A DNA stretch of 64,000 nt, from NCBI GenBank assembly GCA_048270185.1, contig JBLWTJ010000002.1, positions 512,001-576,000 on the forward strand, read 5' to 3'. The notes below the pieces were generated by a model. The model did not search any database, was not told the DNA's origin, and was given only the letters and a program-made list of their open reading frames with translations. The stretch is from Bacteriovoracaceae bacterium (GTDB lineage Bacteria; Bdellovibrionota; Bacteriovoracia; Bacteriovoracales; Bacteriovoracaceae). This document shows, in pieces, positions 10,068 to 20,204 of this stretch. Within the stretch, counting starts at the first letter, position 1. Every line of letters starts with the position of its first letter. The translations under genes and the position numbers were made by a program.

Positions 10068-10979
10068 TTAAAGCGTTACTTGTTGTTCAACTTGTTCAGT
10101 TAATTCTTGTGTATCGATTTTATCTTTTGATTCATTTTCATCTTCGAATCCATCTGCCTGAGTGACGTCAAAGTCTTCGAGTGACTTCACAACATCAACA
10201 TAAACGTTTCCAAAGTTTTCGTTTTGAAAGATTTCAACTCGCTTTAGACGTGCAAGCTCTAGAAGTGAGATAAAAGTAATAACTACATTATCAATCGTGT
10301 TCTTACCATCTGCTGACATCTTGGCCGTATCATCACCAGTGCTTGTCGCAATTCGACTATTGCTATCATTTTCTAAAAGCTCATCTAAGTTAGTTTTTTG
10401 TCCTACAGTTAAGTAGTTCTTTAGGAACTCAAGCTTCTCTTTAATTGATAAGCGATCGCGCTTAATAACAGTATATTTTCTATTTTGTCTGAAAATAAAA
10501 TCAATCATGGTATCTGTAAGCTTCTCAAGATCCATTGGCGTAAGGATTGAGTTTACAATCTCTTTACGATTAATTTTTGGCTTTACAAAAATATCCACAC
10601 CTTTTTGAGGAAGGCCGAGTAACTTCTGTCCCATTTTCTGATAAAGGGCAAGCTCTTCAAGGCGTCTTACAAGTTCAGCATGAGAAGTGATATTTAATGA
10701 TCCTTCGGCCCCAAGTTGGTTTTGTAGTTTTGCCTGTTCTTCTTCTGTCACAGCATTCTTAGACTTAAGTAGAACGAGAGTTGCTGCTAAGAATAAGTAG
10801 TCACCTGCAATATCGAAGTTTAGCTCTTTCATATTGGCCAGGTAATCAAGGTATTGCTTTGTGATCTTAGTAAGGTTTAACTCCTTAATCGACATTTGCT
10901 CTTTCTGAATAAGCAGTAGCAAAAGTGACAAGGGGCCATCAAACGTATCTGTTTTGACCTTAATTGTTGTGTCTAACAT
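10068..10979 (-). CDS. scpA: Segregation and condensation protein ScpA
   Basis: FDGPLSLLLLLI, ITKQYL, AATLVLLKSK, TFISLLELAR and QNENFG motifs. Confidence 0.93.
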   Translation of the reverse strand: MLDTTIKVKTDTFDGPLSLLLLLIQKEQMSIKELNLTKITKQYLDYLANMKELNFDIAGDYLFLAATLVLLKSKNAVTEEEQAKLQNQLGAEGSLNITSHAELVRRLEELALYQKMGQKLLGLPQKGVDIFVKPKINRKEIVNSILTPMDLEKLTDTMIDFIFRQNRKYTVIKRDRLSIKEKLEFLKNYLTVGQKTNLDELLENDSNSRIATSTGDDTAKMSADGKNTIDNVVITFISLLELARLKRVEIFQNENFGNVYVDVVKSLEDFDVTQADGFEDENESKDKIDTQELTEQVEQQVTL

Positions 10980-11006
10980 AAGTTAATATCCCTCTATTCC
11001 CTTAAC

Positions 11007-11666
11007 TTAAGAGAGAATACGAGCAAACGTATTCATCAAATTCATTCCAAATCCCATTACAGGTCTAATCATGTAACCAAAGATTGGAGTGAACCAAAGA
11101 ATTAGAATAAATAAAAAGCTAAATCTTTGGAGTTCTTCATATTTTCGTGCTGAATTGTAGTCTAAGTAAGCTGAAACCATCTTCGATCCATCAAGAGGAG
11201 GAAATGGAATTAAGTTAAATACGGCCAGTAAGATATTGATAAATACCGAGTACTGAAGCATATCCATAAATTGAGTCTTAAGAGTAAATGTCCCTGGCAC
11301 ATAAGCATAAACAAGTCCAAAGACGAGTGCTGAAAGGAACATTAAAATCAGATTTGCACCAGGTCCAGCAAAACTCACCCAAAAGATTCCCGACTTCATA
11401 TTTTTAAAGCGACGTGTATCGACGGGTACTGGCTTGGCCCAACCAAATGGAACACCACCTAGGGCAATCCCAACGAGTGGGAATAAAACTGTTCCAACGA
11501 GGTCAATATGTGGAATAGGATTTAGCGTAAGGCGACCAATTCTTTCGGCCGTATCATCACCATATCTTCTCGCCATCCAGGCATGGCCAAACTCATGAAA
11601 TGAGATCGCTAATAAAAATCCCGGAAGGGCCAAAGTTAATGTATTGAAAATACGCATAATATCCAT
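11007..11666 (-). CDS. Site-2 protease (peptidase M50)
   Basis: HEFGH zinc motif, GRLTLNP, AGP, NLIPFPPLDG; several TM segments. Confidence 0.92.
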   Translation of the reverse strand: MDIMRIFNTLTLALPGFLLAISFHEFGHAWMARRYGDDTAERIGRLTLNPIPHIDLVGTVLFPLVGIALGGVPFGWAKPVPVDTRRFKNMKSGIFWVSFAGPGANLILMFLSALVFGLVYAYVPGTFTLKTQFMDMLQYSVFINILLAVFNLIPFPPLDGSKMVSAYLDYNSARKYEELQRFSFLFILILWFTPIFGYMIRPVMGFGMNLMNTFARILS

Positions 11667-11803
11667 CGCAATAATCTACCAAATCCCACGGGAATCGACA
11701 AAATTTTAGGCCCTAAAATGAACGGAATGTAAGACAAATTAAAGAAATTAACCCCAAATTTCCCCAAGTCCCTGTAAATTGAAAATTTTGATATAATAAA
11801 CTT

Positions 11804-12214
11804 ATGAATACGCTCCATAAAAAAGTGCAAGTGGTCACACTGCACAAAAACAAAAAATCCTTACTTCTTCTGGAGATGAAAGAGGACCGTGGCTTTGGTT
11901 GGCAAAATATTACGGGCTCAGTTGAGGGTGAAGAGGATTTAGAAACAGCGGCCAAAAGAGAGCTTTTAGAAGAAACTGGAATTGCTCAAGCCGAGGTTGT
12001 GCAACTTGATCAGATTTTTAAATTTCATGACAGGTGGGGAAAGGATGTTGAGGAATATTGCTTCCTAGCACTTGTAGCTACACTCGATATTACAATTAGT
12101 AGTCAAGAGCACCAAGGTTACAAGTGGCTTGCGATTAACGAAGTACAGGGCAAGGACTTCAAATATGAAAGCAATTATACTGCATTCAAAAAGGCCATCG
12201 AATGCTTAGATTAA
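11804..12214 (+). CDS. Nudix hydrolase, NudB-like
   Basis: Nudix box GSVEGEEDLETAAKRELLEETGI, plus WQNITGS and EHQGYKW as in NudB. Confidence 0.85.
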   Translation: MNTLHKKVQVVTLHKNKKSLLLLEMKEDRGFGWQNITGSVEGEEDLETAAKRELLEETGIAQAEVVQLDQIFKFHDRWGKDVEEYCFLALVATLDITISSQEHQGYKWLAINEVQGKDFKYESNYTAFKKAIECLD

Positions 12215-13143
12215 AGATCATACTTCTCATTTTTGTCTGCTTCATATCTTATGCAGAATCTAAAGAAGACAAACTCTTTAAAGATCTTGCTCGTCTTTCC
12301 AAAGAAGAGCAAGGAAAGAAAAAGAAAGCTCCTTCACGTTTTAAATACTTAAAAAATAACTTTCAAGTAAAGACTCAAAGAAGTGTTGTTACTGCTGGAT
12401 CGACTCTTGAGAGCCTTGATGGTACTAAATTCTACCAAGTTTCTGAAAATACCATCGTCAAAACAAGAGAAGTAGCGCCAGGATCTCGCTACTATTACAT
12501 TCTTCCTAAAGAGGGTGAACCTAAGTATGTTATTCAAGGTGAGTATTTAAGGCATCTTGAGCATATCCTGACTTTCAATGAGAAGAAGTTTAAACCTTTT
12601 GATCGTAGTAAACACAAGACCATCGAGTTTGATAAAGATGAGCTCTACACATACTTTCAAGTTAAGGCAGGGGTTGGTTCATCCACACCATCTTTCTTCA
12701 ATGATGGCACAAGTTTAACAAGTACCAATTTTGCACTTGAAGCTGGAGTTGAAACATTTAAGAATATCCCAGTTTTTATAACCCTGGATTACCTTACGCA
12801 AAACAGTGGTCAAGAAGTTCAGTTCAATGCTTTCTCGATTGGCGTTCGTACAGAATACCGAAAACATTTTAAAAATGATTCATATATTGCCGCAGGATTA
12901 GTTGCACAACGATCACTTTTCTCTTCTGCTAAAGTTTTAGGTACATCAATCAATCATTCCCTCGATTCATTTGGAATTAATATCAGCTATAACTACAAAA
13001 CGTATTTTTTAAGTTTTGATTTAAAAAAACAAAATTACTCTTTCGATGCCAATGTATCTTTTCCTAGCTCAAACTTAGCAGATAATAATGGGGCAACTCT
13101 CTTTAGTTTTGGTATCGGTAAGGAATTTGAGGCCGCAATATGA
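12202..13143 (+). CDS. Secreted protein with probable C-terminal outer-membrane beta-barrel
   Basis: Signal peptide; alternating hydrophobic/aromatic strands in the C-terminal half, ending FSFGIGKEF. Confidence 0.6.
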   Translation: MLRLKIILLIFVCFISYAESKEDKLFKDLARLSKEEQGKKKKAPSRFKYLKNNFQVKTQRSVVTAGSTLESLDGTKFYQVSENTIVKTREVAPGSRYYYILPKEGEPKYVIQGEYLRHLEHILTFNEKKFKPFDRSKHKTIEFDKDELYTYFQVKAGVGSSTPSFFNDGTSLTSTNFALEAGVETFKNIPVFITLDYLTQNSGQEVQFNAFSIGVRTEYRKHFKNDSYIAAGLVAQRSLFSSAKVLGTSINHSLDSFGINISYNYKTYFLSFDLKKQNYSFDANVSFPSSNLADNNGATLFSFGIGKEFEAAI

Positions 13144-14108
13144 TTAAGACTCTACTCACTCTCCTCTTTATTTTCAGAGTATTTGCAACTGATGGATTAA
13201 TTCGAGTTCATGAAGCACCTATCCTCAGTAAGCCAAGTGCAGATGGAAATATTTTAATGTTAGTACGTAAGGGGGAGACGATCTATCTTCATCCAAATCA
13301 CTTAAATGATGAAGGTTATTACACTACTCTCACGAGAGATGGGAGAAAGGCCTATATTAGAAAGGACTTCATAAAGTTAATTTTGAATAATGAATCTGAG
13401 GATTTAGGTAATACGATTTATGTTCAAAATGATCCCACTGATTATGTTATTGATGAACCACTTCCAGAAAAATATCCACTTAAAGGATACCCATCCAACA
13501 AGGCCAATATCGATTTCGTTCTTAGAAAGGGGATGACTTCACACTATAATTACTCCAATCAGATTGAGCGTGAAAGTACAGGCTTTTCAGGAACTCTTAA
13601 TTTAAAGTATCTGCGTCCCGCCCGTTTTGATGAGGAGAATAGGCTCTATTTCGGCTTCTTTGGAGGCATATCGAGTGGTCAAAACGAGTATTTATTAACT
13701 GATGAAATCTACACGAGAGAAAGTGACGTTTCCTTCACTATTGGGCCTGTCATTTCCTATACATTTTACAAGAGACAATTCTTTGAAATTGAATCTGTAT
13801 TACAAGTCGGTGCTAATTTTCAAAGAACCTTTATCACACAAGATGATGTAACAAATGGAGTCTTTGAAGAAAAACTTTTCACAGGACTTTCTTTTAATAT
13901 TCGGCTTGGTGTTAATCTGACTCATAAGAAGTTTTTTAACTCTGATTCAGCTTTTCTCTACCATGGTCCAGTCATCGATATTAGACTCCCCTCAACTCTT
14001 AGTTCAGATGGACAATTTGAAAATCCACAGCTTTGGACGGCCACAGATTTAGCAACAGATTTAGAAGGAACTTTCGGATACAACGTCGGAATAACCTATA
14101 TTTACTAG
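13140..14108 (+). CDS. SH3-like domain plus probable outer-membrane beta-barrel
   Basis: Signal peptide, SH3b-like segment (APILSKPSADGNILMLVRKGE...GRKAYI), C-terminal strand GYNVGITYIY. ATGA overlap with the upstream gene. Confidence 0.6.
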   Translation: MIKTLLTLLFIFRVFATDGLIRVHEAPILSKPSADGNILMLVRKGETIYLHPNHLNDEGYYTTLTRDGRKAYIRKDFIKLILNNESEDLGNTIYVQNDPTDYVIDEPLPEKYPLKGYPSNKANIDFVLRKGMTSHYNYSNQIERESTGFSGTLNLKYLRPARFDEENRLYFGFFGGISSGQNEYLLTDEIYTRESDVSFTIGPVISYTFYKRQFFEIESVLQVGANFQRTFITQDDVTNGVFEEKLFTGLSFNIRLGVNLTHKKFFNSDSAFLYHGPVIDIRLPSTLSSDGQFENPQLWTATDLATDLEGTFGYNVGITYIY

Positions 14109-14120
14109 TACTTACAAGCA

Positions 14121-14141
14121 GAGGGGAAAAATCTTCCCCTC
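14121..14141 (+). terminator. Hairpin after the OMP pair
   Basis: GAGGGGAA-AAATC-TTCCCCTC. Confidence 0.5.
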
Positions 14142-14163
14142 ATCACTATAGCCTCTCTTTTTT

Positions 14164-14190
14164 TTAATTATTAAATTCTATCGCCGATAA
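14164..14190 (+). promoter_or_regulatory. sigma28 (FliA) promoter
   Basis: TTAA-N15-GCCGATAA with a perfect -10 element. Confidence 0.7.
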
Positions 14191-14246
14191 ATTAGGTGTC
14201 ATTGTTTTAGCAAGGAATGCAAAAACATAATTCAGGAGGAAGGTTT

Positions 14247-14459
14247 ATGACAGTTCAATACAAAGGTACAGAAGTTCTTTTTCAAAAACTAGGTAATAAC
14301 TGGTTCATTTTCGCAGAAATCAACGACGAAGTAATTTATTCAACAATGCCAGAAGGTATGGATCCATATTCAACAAAGCTTGAACTTTATGAAGTGATTG
14401 AAGATCACATGAAGAGAGTTTCAACAATGAGAAAAAGCTCAGCTGAAGCAGCTGCTTAG
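14247..14459 (+). CDS. Small hypothetical protein (70 aa)
   Basis: ATG 14247 follows a strong AGGAGGA SD. The ORF-track start at 14217 falls inside a leader hairpin. Confidence 0.75.
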   Translation: MTVQYKGTEVLFQKLGNNWFIFAEINDEVIYSTMPEGMDPYSTKLELYEVIEDHMKRVSTMRKSSAEAAA

Positions 14460-14468
14460 GATCGAATT

Positions 14469-14660
14469 ATGGGTGTAAAAAAATACACAACATTATATAT
14501 GGGTGCACCGGCCGAAAAAGCTAGTGCACCAACTAAAGAAGATCACGTTAAAGAAAAAAGCGAGATTGAACAGCTAAAAGAAGCGATTCAAAAACGTTTT
14601 GAAAATCCAGAAGAAATAAAAAAAGCTGCTCGAATTATTGAAGAAATGCTAAATCGCTAA
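14469..14660 (+). CDS. Small hypothetical protein (63 aa)
   Basis: AGGA SD, starts 9 bp after the previous gene, charged helical C-terminus. Confidence 0.65.
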   Translation: MGVKKYTTLYMGAPAEKASAPTKEDHVKEKSEIEQLKEAIQKRFENPEEIKKAARIIEEMLNR

Positions 14661-15517
14661 CGTCTAAAGTTAGCGACAACTTCCATTAAAGAATTTACAT
14701 TACATTGCTTAATCACTTGGATAACTTCAGTTGTTACATTGTAGACCTGACAAGGCAATCTTTCTTCGAGTACAATATTTTGCTCGATAAAATTCTTCGT
14801 AAAATTATTTGAAGTCTGACTATTTAACTTACTCATGCCCAAAATTATTGCTCGATAGAGTCGTTTATTATTTTTTCTTACATAGAGATAGACTGGGTAG
14901 TTGTAGTAAATAAAGTTCTTATTATCCACGAGAAGATTTTGTTTTTGATTGAGGACTTCAATATATGCTTCTGAAACCCCCCTTAAAGTATAATCTGCAC
15001 TTCCATTATTTAATGCATGATAAATTCCTGAAAATGAATCCACTGCCACTAATTTAAATTTACTCTTTTTTAAAATTTTAAAATCTCTCCAATTTCTATT
15101 AAATGAAACTCGTAATTTCTTATAGTCTGCGGCTCCCTTTATTCCCTCAATCATCTGTCTGTTCTTATATTCATAAACAGGCAAACGCAGCCCTAGAAGT
15201 CCCGAAAGAATAGGAGCCTCAACTCTCCTAAAGTCAGTTAGATCCCAATTCTCAGAAGGAGAATAGAGAATATCTCCTTTTAGATAACTACCATTTTCGA
15301 CACATTCTTTTTCACTACCACAATCAAACGGAATGACTTTGAAATCCCCAAATTCATTTCGGGCCAAAGTTAGTACTTCTTCCAAAAAGTAGCGAAAGTA
15401 TTGATGGCGATAATGTCCCTGAATTGTCTTAATCTCAAACTCTTCAACCTCTTGAGCACTAATACCTAGAGGGAATAACAAGACAATAAATATTAAGTTC
15501 TTTATAAAGCGGCCCAT
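14657..15517 (-). CDS. Periplasmic substrate-binding-protein-like (type 2 fold)
   Basis: Signal peptide; PILSGLLGLRL, WRDFKIL, ADYTLRGVSE and YNYPVYLYV patterns typical of orphan ABC/PBP2 proteins. Confidence 0.6.
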   Translation of the reverse strand: MGRFIKNLIFIVLLFPLGISAQEVEEFEIKTIQGHYRHQYFRYFLEEVLTLARNEFGDFKVIPFDCGSEKECVENGSYLKGDILYSPSENWDLTDFRRVEAPILSGLLGLRLPVYEYKNRQMIEGIKGAADYKKLRVSFNRNWRDFKILKKSKFKLVAVDSFSGIYHALNNGSADYTLRGVSEAYIEVLNQKQNLLVDNKNFIYYNYPVYLYVRKNNKRLYRAIILGMSKLNSQTSNNFTKNFIEQNIVLEERLPCQVYNVTTEVIQVIKQCNVNSLMEVVANFRR

Positions 15518-15649
15518 GACTTAGTCTCTAATATTTTGTCACTACTTTGAACTTAAGATTCCCTAATATTTATTTATGAACGAAACTCCCCTATAAGCTA
15601 TATAAAAGTGTTTAAAGCCTTGCCTGAACGGTCTCTTTTTGATAACTAG

Positions 15650-16426
15650 GTGCAATATAATATTGAGGAGTTTAAGTTGCCAGTTAAATCAGATGCTCAA
15701 CAAGCTAGTAATGACCCATTTGCGTATAAACAAGACCAAGATAAGTCTTTTTCAGAAGGTTTTGAATATAAGCATAAGAACCCTTACCACGACAAGCTAA
15801 CTGAATTTAGTGAATTCGTTCTTCGTGACGATGAAGCAGAAGTTCACCGCGGGAAGTGGAATGAGGAAGTCTTTAAGACAGATGGTGAGCTATGTCTTGA
15901 GATTGGTTCAGGATATGGCCACTTCATGCTGCAATATTGTGATGCTTATCGCGACCAAAATTTTGTTGGCCTAGACTACCGCTTTAAGCGTAGCTATGCG
16001 CTTGCGAAGAAATTAAAATCACTTCCATATCGCAATTTTAAATACTTAAGAGCGAAGGGAGAACGAATTGAACATCTCTTTGCTGAAAACGAGCTAGATA
16101 AGGTATTCTACTTCTTCCCTGATCCTTGGCCAAAGGCCCGTCATCATAAGAAGAGACTCTTCCAGCTTCCATTCTTAGAGAGGGCATACAAAGTTATCAA
16201 GCCAGGTGGATACTTCTTCGTTAAGACGGATCACGATGGTTACGCTGAGTGGATGAAGGAAGTAATTGAAAAACAAGATCTTTTTGAGCTAGAGCTTGAA
16301 ACAAAGGACTTGTGGAATGACGCTCCAGACCACCTACTTTGCCAGTTTAAGACTAAGTTTGAGAAAATATTTATCGAGCAAGGTGTAAATATTAAAGCTT
16401 TTGTTCTAAAATCCAAAAAAGCATAA
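15650..16426 (+). CDS. trmB: tRNA (guanine-N7)-methyltransferase
   Basis: LEIGSGYG, FPDPWPKARHHKKRL and KTD motifs. The true start may be TTG 15677 after GAGGAG. Confidence 0.93.
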   Translation: MQYNIEEFKLPVKSDAQQASNDPFAYKQDQDKSFSEGFEYKHKNPYHDKLTEFSEFVLRDDEAEVHRGKWNEEVFKTDGELCLEIGSGYGHFMLQYCDAYRDQNFVGLDYRFKRSYALAKKLKSLPYRNFKYLRAKGERIEHLFAENELDKVFYFFPDPWPKARHHKKRLFQLPFLERAYKVIKPGGYFFVKTDHDGYAEWMKEVIEKQDLFELELETKDLWNDAPDHLLCQFKTKFEKIFIEQGVNIKAFVLKSKKA

Positions 16427-16447
16427 TAAATAAGGTAAGCCTCTTAG

Positions 16448-18331
16448 ATGTCACTACAGCAATTGCGCGAAAAAATCGTCAGTGAAATCCCGATTTCTGA
16501 TTTAATCGAGCGCTATGGTGTGCACTTAGTTCACAAGGGTAATCGTATTACGACGATTTGTCCTTTTCACGATGACACCAATCCATCAATGCACGTCAAT
16601 AATGACTACGGAAATTATAAATGCTTTGCCTGTGGTGCCGGTGGCTCTCACTTTGACTTTGTTATGAATCTCCACACACTCGAGTTTGTCGATGCCTTAA
16701 GAGATATTTGTGAAAAATTTGGTATTAATTTTGATGCCTATACAAGCAAAAGAAATAAACCTAAGAAAGAAATCTTTGCGGAAAAGATTCTAAAAGTTGC
16801 AAGCGCTATATATTATAAGTACGGTCAGGACACAAAGCCTGCCGCCTATCTCGATTTCTTAAAAAATCGAAATATGAAAGAAGAGCTGGCCGAGCTCTAT
16901 CAAATTGGTTTTGCACCAAAGCAAAATAGTATTTACGACTATATCCACACTCTTCCGGAAGAAGACCGTGAAGAAATCCTAAAGACTGCCATTGAAATTG
17001 GAATCGTTAAGTATAATCCAGAAAATAAGTCCCATTATGATACTTATCGCGAACGCGTTATGTTTCCTATCTGGGATCACTATGGCCGTGTGATCGGCTT
17101 TACTGGACGACGAATACGCGATGAACAATATGGTAAGTATGTGAATTCAAAGGGATCGTTCATCTTTAACAAGAGTAACCTCCTTTATGGCCTTCATCTT
17201 GCAAAATCCTATATTAGAAAACGCGATAGCGTTATTATAGTCGAAGGAAATATGGATCAGGTTGCAACGTTTAAGAAAGGATTCGAGAACTCAGTTGCCA
17301 TCATGGGAACGGCCCTTGGTGATAATTCCCTGCGCGTCCTTAAGGCCTTAACGAAGAATATTTACTTGGCCCTTGATAATGATGAGGCCGGCTATAAAGC
17401 CGCCCAGAGGACAAGTCAGCAATTCTTAGAGTATGGAATTCTGGCCAAGTACGTTAACCTTGCTCCACACAAAGACCCTGATGACTTCTTAGAAGCAGAA
17501 GGAATCATAGCTTTTCAAGAGCGCATTGATAATGCACCAGCTTTTATTGACTATGAACTCGATCAACTTATACCTCAAAGACCAATTGAGCTAATTGACG
17601 AGAAGCTCTCAATCCTTGATCAAGCATTTGAAGTGGTTGCACCACTTAAGAACGATATCAATGCCACAGAGAGACTCTTGGCCCTGGCACCAAAGCTTAA
17701 GTTAAACTCTAGTAACGAACAGATTAATACACGTTATGAAAATTTCTTAAAAGGAGTTAAGAAACCAGCTGCTAAACCAGTTCAAAAAGAAGTTATTCAA
17801 GAAGATTTTAATATGCCAGAGTACGATGAGAGTTACATGGCAAGTTTTGTTGAATCTGATGCAAACCAGATGCCAACTATTGAAGAAATTGCGCCTCAAA
17901 TCTCAAAAACAGAAGAGACTCTTCTCCTCTCAATCATTGAACATCCGGAATGTCTTGAGTATGATGAAATGACCGATCTGCTTGATTTTATGCAGTCAGA
18001 TGGGGTAAAAGAATATATTTTGAATCTTAGAAAATTAATCTTTGAAATCGATGAGAGGGAATTTAAAAACTTTGCACTTTCGAGTTCTTCCAAATATGGC
18101 CTTGAAGAAATTATAAAAAAAGGCATTATAAAAAATAAAGGAATCCAACTAGAAAAAGAGAAAGCTGTAAAAATCATTAGTGACCTCGCAAAAATTCTCA
18201 AGCAACAAAGCTTTAAAGACGAAAAGAAATCTTTGAGGCAGAAAATGTCTTCGGTTAAAACTGAAGATGAGTTGAAAGAGATTATGAAACAGATTCACGA
18301 CATAGAAAAAAAGCTATTAGCTTTAAAGTAA
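16448..18331 (+). CDS. dnaG: DNA primase
   Basis: CPFHDD...CFAC zinc finger, RVMFPI, KYVNS, TOPRIM VEGNMD, ALDNDEAG and KDPDD. Confidence 0.97.
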   Translation: MSLQQLREKIVSEIPISDLIERYGVHLVHKGNRITTICPFHDDTNPSMHVNNDYGNYKCFACGAGGSHFDFVMNLHTLEFVDALRDICEKFGINFDAYTSKRNKPKKEIFAEKILKVASAIYYKYGQDTKPAAYLDFLKNRNMKEELAELYQIGFAPKQNSIYDYIHTLPEEDREEILKTAIEIGIVKYNPENKSHYDTYRERVMFPIWDHYGRVIGFTGRRIRDEQYGKYVNSKGSFIFNKSNLLYGLHLAKSYIRKRDSVIIVEGNMDQVATFKKGFENSVAIMGTALGDNSLRVLKALTKNIYLALDNDEAGYKAAQRTSQQFLEYGILAKYVNLAPHKDPDDFLEAEGIIAFQERIDNAPAFIDYELDQLIPQRPIELIDEKLSILDQAFEVVAPLKNDINATERLLALAPKLKLNSSNEQINTRYENFLKGVKKPAAKPVQKEVIQEDFNMPEYDESYMASFVESDANQMPTIEEIAPQISKTEETLLLSIIEHPECLEYDEMTDLLDFMQSDGVKEYILNLRKLIFEIDEREFKNFALSSSSKYGLEEIIKKGIIKNKGIQLEKEKAVKIISDLAKILKQQSFKDEKKSLRQKMSSVKTEDELKEIMKQIHDIEKKLLALK

Positions 18332-18349
18332 CGATTGGAGAAATCAAAC

Positions 18350-20101
18350 ATGTCAAGTGCTGCACAATTTTTAAAATCTAAGGGTTTCGAAAAACTTATC
18401 TCACGCGGTAAGGATCAAGATGCCCTGACTCCAGAGGAAATTAACGACGCTCTTCCAGCAAGCTTAATTCAACCTGAAGAACTTGACCTCATTATGCTTG
18501 CCATCACTGAAGCAGAGATTGAAATTTCTGAGCAAGAAGTTGAAGAGGAAGATGAAGGAATCAAATTAGACGGTACTGAAATTATTGAAGAAACTCTATC
18601 AAAAGAAGAGAGAGCGGAATTAAGAAGTGCCTCAACAGATCCTGTAAAATTATATCTTAAGAGAATGGGTTCAGTTGCCCTATTAACGAGAGAAGGCGAA
18701 GTTGTTATCGCAAAAGAAATTGAAGAAGGTGAAAGAGAGATTATCCTTTCATCACTAAAATCTTCTCACGCGATTGCAGAAATCATCACACTTAAGGATC
18801 GTATTAACGAACTTGAAAACCCTACTGAGTTCGTAAGAGAACTAGTTCGTGGTCTAGATGATGAATCGACTCAAAAAGATGTTGATAAGGTTAAGAAAAC
18901 AATTATTAAAGTTTGTGATGATCTAAAGAATATCTATGACAACGCTTTAAACGAAGAAGACGGAACACTAGAGAAATTCTCTAAAGATCAAAAAGAAACA
19001 ATGCTAAAAGTTTCAACTGAGTTAGCTGATCTTACTTTCAACAGAAAGATCATCAACAGCTTCGTTGAGCCAGTAAAGAAATACTACCTACAATTTAAAG
19101 ATCTTTACGAACAACAAGATCGTATCTTTAAATTCCTAGAAGTTGAGACAATTGAAGCTTACCGTGACCTTCATGAGAAGATTATGGAAGACGATGCATT
19201 CAAACGTGCGTTCGCAAAAGAGCTTTACACAACTGATGCAAAGGTAGAACAACTTGTTCGTAACCAAGAAGATATTTTAAGAAAGCTTAGAAGACTTTCA
19301 CAAGAAGCTGGAATGAGCTTCGATGATATCGAAACTGTTTACAAAATTATTACTAACGGTGAAGAAAGAGCTGACCGTGCAAAAGCTCAACTTGTTGAAG
19401 CCAACCTACGACTTGTTGTATCGATTGCTAAGAAATACACAAACCGTGGACTTCAATTCCTAGACCTTATTCAAGAAGGTAACATTGGTCTAATGAAGGC
19501 CGTTGATAAATTCGAGTATCGTCGTGGTTATAAATTTTCAACTTATGCAACTTGGTGGATTCGTCAGGCCATTACTCGTGCCATTGCTGACCAAGCAAGA
19601 ACAATTCGTATTCCAGTACACATGATTGAAACAATCAACAAAATGGTTAGAACTCAAAGGCAACTTATTCAAGAGCTAGGACGTGAGCCTACTCCTGAAG
19701 AAATTGCAGAGAAAATGGAAATGCCAGTTGATAAAGTAAAGAAAGTTCAAAAGATCTCAAAAGAGCCAATCTCTCTTGAAACACCAATCGGTGAAGAAGA
19801 GGACTCATCTCTTGGAGACTTCATTGAAGATAAGAAGATTATCTCGCCAGCAGATGCTGTAATGAGCATTACATTATCTGAGCAAACTCGTTCAGTACTC
19901 TCTACTCTAACTCCAAGAGAAGAAAAAGTTCTAAGAATGAGATTTGGTATCGGAGAAAAGTCAGACCACACTCTAGAAGAGGTAGGACAGGATTTCTTCG
20001 TAACTCGTGAGCGTATTAGACAGATCGAAGCCAAAGCTCTTCGCAAACTAAGACATCCATCACGTGCAAAACTTCTCAAATCGTATATCGAAAATAGTTA
20101 A
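18350..20101 (+). CDS. rpoD: RNA polymerase primary sigma factor RpoD
   Basis: [46 protein letters not shown] and [15 protein letters not shown] before ATG 18350; follows dnaG. Confidence 0.98.
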   Translation: MSSAAQFLKSKGFEKLISRGKDQDALTPEEINDALPASLIQPEELDLIMLAITEAEIEISEQEVEEEDEGIKLDGTEIIEETLSKEERAELRSASTDPVKLYLKRMGSVALLTREGEVVIAKEIEEGEREIILSSLKSSHAIAEIITLKDRINELENPTEFVRELVRGLDDESTQKDVDKVKKTIIKVCDDLKNIYDNALNEEDGTLEKFSKDQKETMLKVSTELADLTFNRKIINSFVEPVKKYYLQFKDLYEQQDRIFKFLEVETIEAYRDLHEKIMEDDAFKRAFAKELYTTDAKVEQLVRNQEDILRKLRRLSQEAGMSFDDIETVYKIITNGEERADRAKAQLVEANLRLVVSIAKKYTNRGLQFLDLIQEGNIGLMKAVDKFEYRRGYKFSTYATWWIRQAITRAIADQARTIRIPVHMIETINKMVRTQRQLIQELGREPTPEEIAEKMEMPVDKVKKVQKISKEPISLETPIGEEEDSSLGDFIEDKKIISPADAVMSITLSEQTRSVLSTLTPREEKVLRMRFGIGEKSDHTLEEVGQDFFVTRERIRQIEAKALRKLRHPSRAKLLKSYIENS

Positions 20102-20103
20102 GT

Positions 20104-20132
20104 AAAAAGGGCCTCTATTAGAGGCCTTTTTT
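20104..20132 (+). terminator. rpoD terminator
   Basis: GGCCTCT-ATT-AGAGGCC followed by a T-tract. Confidence 0.85.
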
Positions 20133-20204
20133 ATTAACAGAACTAAGACTATTACATTCCCTAATTTTGCGTTATAATAAGGCTTTTAGACATAAAGTTA
20201 ATAT

